Shown here: one piece after another, positions 1 through 1,541 of the stretch | Layout of the letters: every line of letters starts with the position of its first letter | Numbering within the stretch: the stretch's first letter is position 1 | Source of the DNA: Naegleria gruberi | Taxonomy: Eukaryota | Assembly: GCA_000004985.1 (NCBI GenBank) | Contig: GG739388.1 | Length of the DNA: 1,541 nucleotides | Reading direction: 5' to 3' (one strand) | The notes under the pieces: generated by a model | Database searches by the model: none | Seen by the model: only the letters and a program-made list of their open reading frames with translations | Told to the model about the DNA's origin: nothing | Translations under genes and position numbers: made by a program

Positions 1-39
1 AACAACCACATGAGTAACAAGTCCAACCCTCGAGTTCTT

Positions 40-65
40 CTTCGTTTCCCCCTTGGGACACGAAG
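40..65. other. Hairpin: cttcgt-t-tccc / ggga-c-acgaag. It has a 10-bp stem with one t/c mismatch and the loop cctt.
   Basis: Pairs c40-g65 through t45-a60, mismatch t46/c59, then t47-a58 through c50-g55, loop 51..54. It is 17 nt upstream of the stronger hairpin at 82..107. Confidence 0.5.
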
Positions 66-81
66 CCTGACCAAGGGTTAG

Positions 82-107
82 TCCCACCACTTCGTGAAGT
101 GGTGGGA
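82..107. other. Perfect GC-rich hairpin: 11-bp stem tcccaccactt / aagtggtggga with the 4-nt loop cgtg.
   Basis: I checked the pairing base by base (t82-a107 through t92-a97, loop 93..96). 7 of the 11 pairs are G-C. It lies in the ~50% GC block at the window start. There is no downstream T/U tract on either strand, so it is not a classical intrinsic terminator. Confidence 0.6.
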
Positions 108-130
108 ATGGAAAACTACTGAACCGAGAG

Positions 131-148
131 TGTTGTGTGTGGTGTTTG
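131..148. repeat. Short imperfect TG-rich dinucleotide-like tract tgttgtgtgtggtgtttg.
   Basis: Seen directly. It marks the boundary between the ~50% GC block (1..130) and the AT-rich tract. Confidence 0.45.
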
Positions 149-174
149 ACATGGAGTTAATTTTTTTAATTTGA

Positions 175-189
175 AATTTAATTTAATTT
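175..189. repeat. (AATTT)3 microsatellite within a 157..230 AT-rich tract (tttttttaatttgaaatttaatttaatttt...aaaaataaaaaataag).
   Basis: Seen directly. The region 161..420 is under one-third G+C by hand count. Confidence 0.8.
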
Positions 190-420
190 TATTGTTTGTG
201 ACTTGGCCAAAAATAAAAAATAAGATAATTCGATCTCCAAGAATCGAAAACTGGTCATGTACCTCCATATCCAGCGTTGTACCTCTATGCTACAACAGCA
301 AGAAGTACAACAAATAAAAAAACATCATTGAATAGCACTCCTTAATTGATATTAGCTATTGCAGTTAGGGTTGTAGATTTAATTTTCATGATAATTACGT
401 ACAATTACGGTAGTATGATT

Positions 421-458
421 CACGCGAGGATCGTTGAAGGTTCGACCAAGCTCGCGTG
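421..458. other. GC-rich inverted repeat cacgcgag ... ctcgcgtg (8-bp arms, 22-nt spacer) forming a small GC island inside the AT-rich flank.
   Basis: Arms at 421..428 and 451..458 are exact reverse complements. The spacer gatcgttgaaggttcgaccaag contains GGTTCGA, which resembles a tRNA T-loop, but no cloverleaf can be built around it. Confidence 0.4.
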
Positions 459-727
459 GTCCACAAGTTTTCACTCGAGGTTTAGCATTAACCCGACAAC
501 AATATAAATACATCTCTAGTATGTTATTTAGAATTATTGGTCATCTTTACAAATTCCGAAACTATGATATTGACTCAACAAATCCTAGTAACTGATTCCA
601 TTGTTGTGAGAATGGCCATAATAAGATGAAACATGCTTATTCTCAATATGTTGTCCCAAATCGTTCTTTTCAGCGCTTAATAGGCTCATTTCTGACTATC
701 ATGACAACAAGAGAATATACACATTTA

Positions 728-742
728 AACAAAGTCTTTGTT
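728..742. other. Perfect 15-nt palindrome aacaaag-t-ctttgtt, beginning 8 nt downstream of the minus-strand stop codon.
   Basis: Seen directly. On the minus strand it reads aacaaagactttgtt immediately after taaatatgtc. The arms are A/T only, so the stem is weak, and no U-run follows it. It may be a 3'-end or processing signal, or coincidence. Confidence 0.3.
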
Positions 743-749
743 GACATAT

Positions 750-1541
750 TTATGAATAAAATACAAAAATTGCAAAGAATACCAATGCAATACTAAGGAC
801 AATGCTCAAAATATCCATTCCATCGAGAGAATTGAAGAAATTCTTCTTTGGTGGTGAGGATTCAATTTCAATGTTTGCTTTTTCTGTTTCAATATTTTCT
901 AGTTGACTATCAGTTTCAACATTTTCCAGTGAATTTGGTATGTCAAAACTAAATGCAGCGGTTTGAGCTTGAGGAGATAGAGGAACTTGGTTAGTAGATC
1001 CAAAACTAAAAGGATCAGAATTTGATAAATTACATGAATTCCCCCGCATTTCATTAAACATGTTTGTCATGTATTCCCCTTGTTGCTGTCGTAGGAAAGT
1101 TTTCAACAGTTCTTCTTGTAATTTCTGTTGTTGCTCCAGCTCACTTGTAGATCCAAAACTAAATCCACTTGTTGCCTTTGGTAGTTGAGAGAATTCAGAA
1201 CCTAAACTAAATCCATTTTGTACTGATTGAGTTGGTGGAGGAGGTAGAAAATTACATCCACCAATCTGATTCGATTGTTGTTGCACTAATCCACCACATG
1301 TTGGTGGTGAAAAAGCACCAAAAGTAAATCCACCAAAAGAAGGTTGAGGAACTTGGTTTGTATTAAATTGACCAAAATTATTTGGGAAATTGTTTGTTGA
1401 TGAATTAATTTCTGTTGGAAAGAAAGGATTGGCAGATTGAGTGGAGGCAGATCCAACATTAAATGCAGAAAAACCTTGGTCAACTGGACCAAACGGACCT
1501 AATTGACCTAAATTATTTGCACCTAAATTGCCCAGAACCTT
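750..1541 (-). CDS. Partial CDS; the 5' end runs off the window at 1541 and the stop is TAA at 752..750. Hypothetical Q/N/S-rich low-complexity protein with FG-type repeats and a C-terminal hydrophobic tail anchor.
   Basis: I reverse-complemented 1287..1541 by hand and translated it. It reads KVLGNLGANNLGQLGPFGPVDQGFSAFNVGSASTQSANPFFPTEINSSTNNFPNNFGQFNTNQVPQPSFGGFTFGAFSPPTCGGL. There is no stop, and it is in the same frame as the 178-aa track ORF, since 1541-750+1 = 792 = 264x3. The track's 'start' at 1286..1284 is GTG read as an alternative start; in context it is Val, in ...CGGL-V-QQQSNQ.... A 264-codon open frame in sequence of about 37% GC is very unlikely by chance. The frame contains FG dipeptides (PFGP, NFGQ, SFGG, TFGA, and SFGS twice), codon bias toward A/T third positions, and a hydrophobic C-terminus. 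Confidence 0.72.
   Translation of the reverse strand, partial: KVLGNLGANNLGQLGPFGPVDQGFSAFNVGSASTQSANPFFPTEINSSTNNFPNNFGQFNTNQVPQPSFGGFTFGAFSPPTCGGLVQQQSNQIGGCNFLPPPPTQSVQNGFSLGSEFSQLPKATSGFSFGSTSELEQQQKLQEELLKTFLRQQQGEYMTNMFNEMRGNSCNLSNSDPFSFGSTNQVPLSPQAQTAAFSFDIPNSLENVETDSQLENIETEKANIEIESSPPKKNFFNSLDGMDILSIVLSIALVFFAIFVFYS
753..812 (-). other. Predicted single C-terminal transmembrane helix (tail anchor): ILSIVLSIALVFFAIFVFYS, followed directly by the stop codon.
   Basis: A 20-residue uninterrupted aliphatic/aromatic stretch (I, L, V, F, A, with Y and S only at the end) occupies the last 20 codons. It is preceded by the polar residues SLDGMD. No other hydrophobic segment occurs in the 263 residues visible. 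A single TM at the extreme C-terminus is the tail-anchored topology; this is inferred from hydropathy by eye, without a TM predictor. Confidence 0.55.
886..926 (-). repeat. 27-nt-period tandem repeat: gtttcaatattttc (886..899) versus gtttcaacattttc (913..926), 13/14 identical. It encodes the acidic peptide repeats LENIETE(KA) and LENVETD(SQ). A third degenerate unit, ttcaatttcaatg (861..873), encodes NIEIES.
   Basis: Seen directly in the sequence and in the translation ...SLENVETDSQLENIETEKANIEIESS.... The period is 27 nt = 9 codons, in frame. Confidence 0.7.
994..1163 (-). repeat. Intragenic exact 17-nt direct repeat gtagatccaaaactaaa (plus-strand copies at 994..1010 and 1147..1163, 153 nt = 51 codons apart, in frame). 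On the coding strand it reads tttagttttggatctac and encodes FSFGST in both copies.
   Basis: Seen directly. Both copies are identical in nucleotide sequence, not just in amino acids (GFSFGSTSE... and PFSFGSTNQ...). Related degenerate copies of aaactaaatcca occur at 1201..1212 (GFSLGS) and near 1322..1333 (GGFTFG). Confidence 0.8.

Noticed and set aside
82-107. Strong hairpin as a rho-independent transcription terminator.
   Set aside because: There is no T/U tract after the stem on either strand (plus: aatggaaaactact; minus: ctaacccttgg). The surrounding context does not look bacterial.
1-156. Minus-strand frame open for 52 codons from 156 to the window edge (LHVKHHTQHSRFSSFPFPPLHEVVGLTLGQASCPKGETKKNSRVGLVTHVVV), and plus-strand frame-1 open 1..81 ending in TAG.
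   Set aside because: There is no in-frame ATG on the minus strand. A 52-codon open frame in 50% GC sequence has roughly an 8% chance of occurring randomly. Neither translation resembles anything I recognise. They are kept only as alternative readings of the GC-rich block in the findings, not called as CDS.
431-458. GGTTCGA T-loop-like motif (439..445) as part of a tRNA gene.
   Set aside because: I could not build a T-stem around it; the flanking 5-mers are not complementary. Neither an acceptor stem nor an anticodon arm is identifiable in the appropriate positions on either strand. At most it is a degenerate tRNA-derived fragment.
765-775. caaaaattgcaa, a near match to the AAAATTGA early-promoter octamer of mimivirus-like giant viruses.
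   Set aside because: It is inexact (AAAATTGC). It lies inside the 3' end of the coding region on the wrong strand for the only gene present. The motif is common in AT-rich DNA.
626-796. Plus-strand ATG ORF of 56 codons (MKHAYSQYVVPNRSFQRLIGSFLTIMTTREYTHLNKVFVDIFMNKIQKLQRIPMQY*).
   Set aside because: It is below the length the ORF track reports, sits in AT-rich sequence, and has no recognisable motif or compositional bias. It overlaps the stop codon and tail-anchor codons of the minus-strand gene antisense. It is most likely a chance ORF.
1284-1286. Annotated start codon ('M') of the 178-aa ORF.
   Set aside because: It is GTG translated as Met by an ORF caller that permits alternative starts. 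The frame is open for at least 85 more codons upstream with the same repeat-rich character, so this is an internal Val, not the N-terminus.
1286-1492. 68-aa minus-strand ORF in the supplied track (MVQLTKVFLHLMLDLPPLNLPILSFQQKLIHQQ...).
   Set aside because: It starts at a TTG and is read in the +1 frame relative to the long continuous open frame covering the same DNA. Its L/H/Q/I-rich composition is what off-frame reading of a Q/N/G-rich gene produces. It overlaps the true frame completely and ends where a stop happens to fall in that shifted frame.
1-1541. CRISPR array, rRNA, IS or transposase, integrase, toxin-antitoxin or other prokaryotic defence-system signatures.
   Set aside because: There are no repeat-spacer periodicity and no rRNA-like conserved blocks. 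No ORF has transposase, integrase or nuclease character. The only substantial ORF is a eukaryote-like low-complexity membrane protein. Nothing supports a defence or mobile system in this window.

Overview
The window is dominated by one minus-strand coding region. The two ORFs in the supplied track (750..1286 and 1286..1492) are artefacts of the ORF caller. Reading the minus strand from position 1541 down to the TAA at 752..750 gives a single uninterrupted frame of 264 codons, so this is the 3' portion of a gene whose 5' end lies beyond the window. The 'M' of the 178-aa ORF is an internal GTG (Val) codon. The 68-aa ORF is an out-of-frame shadow of the same coding sequence.

The encoded polypeptide is low-complexity and rich in Q, N and S. 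It carries about six FG dipeptides in GFSFGS, PFSFGS, SFGGFTFGAF and NFGQF contexts, a short Q-rich probable coiled segment (ELEQQQKLQEELLKTF), an acidic region built from 27-nt tandem repeats (LENVETDSQ / LENIETEKA), and one very hydrophobic 20-residue segment at the extreme C-terminus (ILSIVLSIALVFFAIFVFYS). That arrangement is the topology of a tail-anchored membrane protein.

The surrounding sequence looks eukaryotic, or like a eukaryotic virus, rather than bacterial. The coding region is about 37% G+C and uses A/T-ending codons (caa, aat, ggt/gga, cca, tta). The flank at 160..750 is much more AT-rich, with homopolymer and (AATTT)n runs and no ORF of any length. I see no Shine-Dalgarno or operon logic.

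The leftmost ~160 nt is a sharply different block of about 50% G+C. It contains two adjacent strong hairpins, 40..65 and 82..107, the latter a perfect 11-bp stem. A second GC-rich inverted repeat sits at 421..458.

I found no CRISPR array, rRNA or tRNA, no recognisable mobile-element protein, and no prokaryotic defence-system signature. The features I think deserve a second look are the tail-anchored FG-repeat architecture, the nucleotide-identical intragenic repeats, and the structured GC-rich island at the window start.
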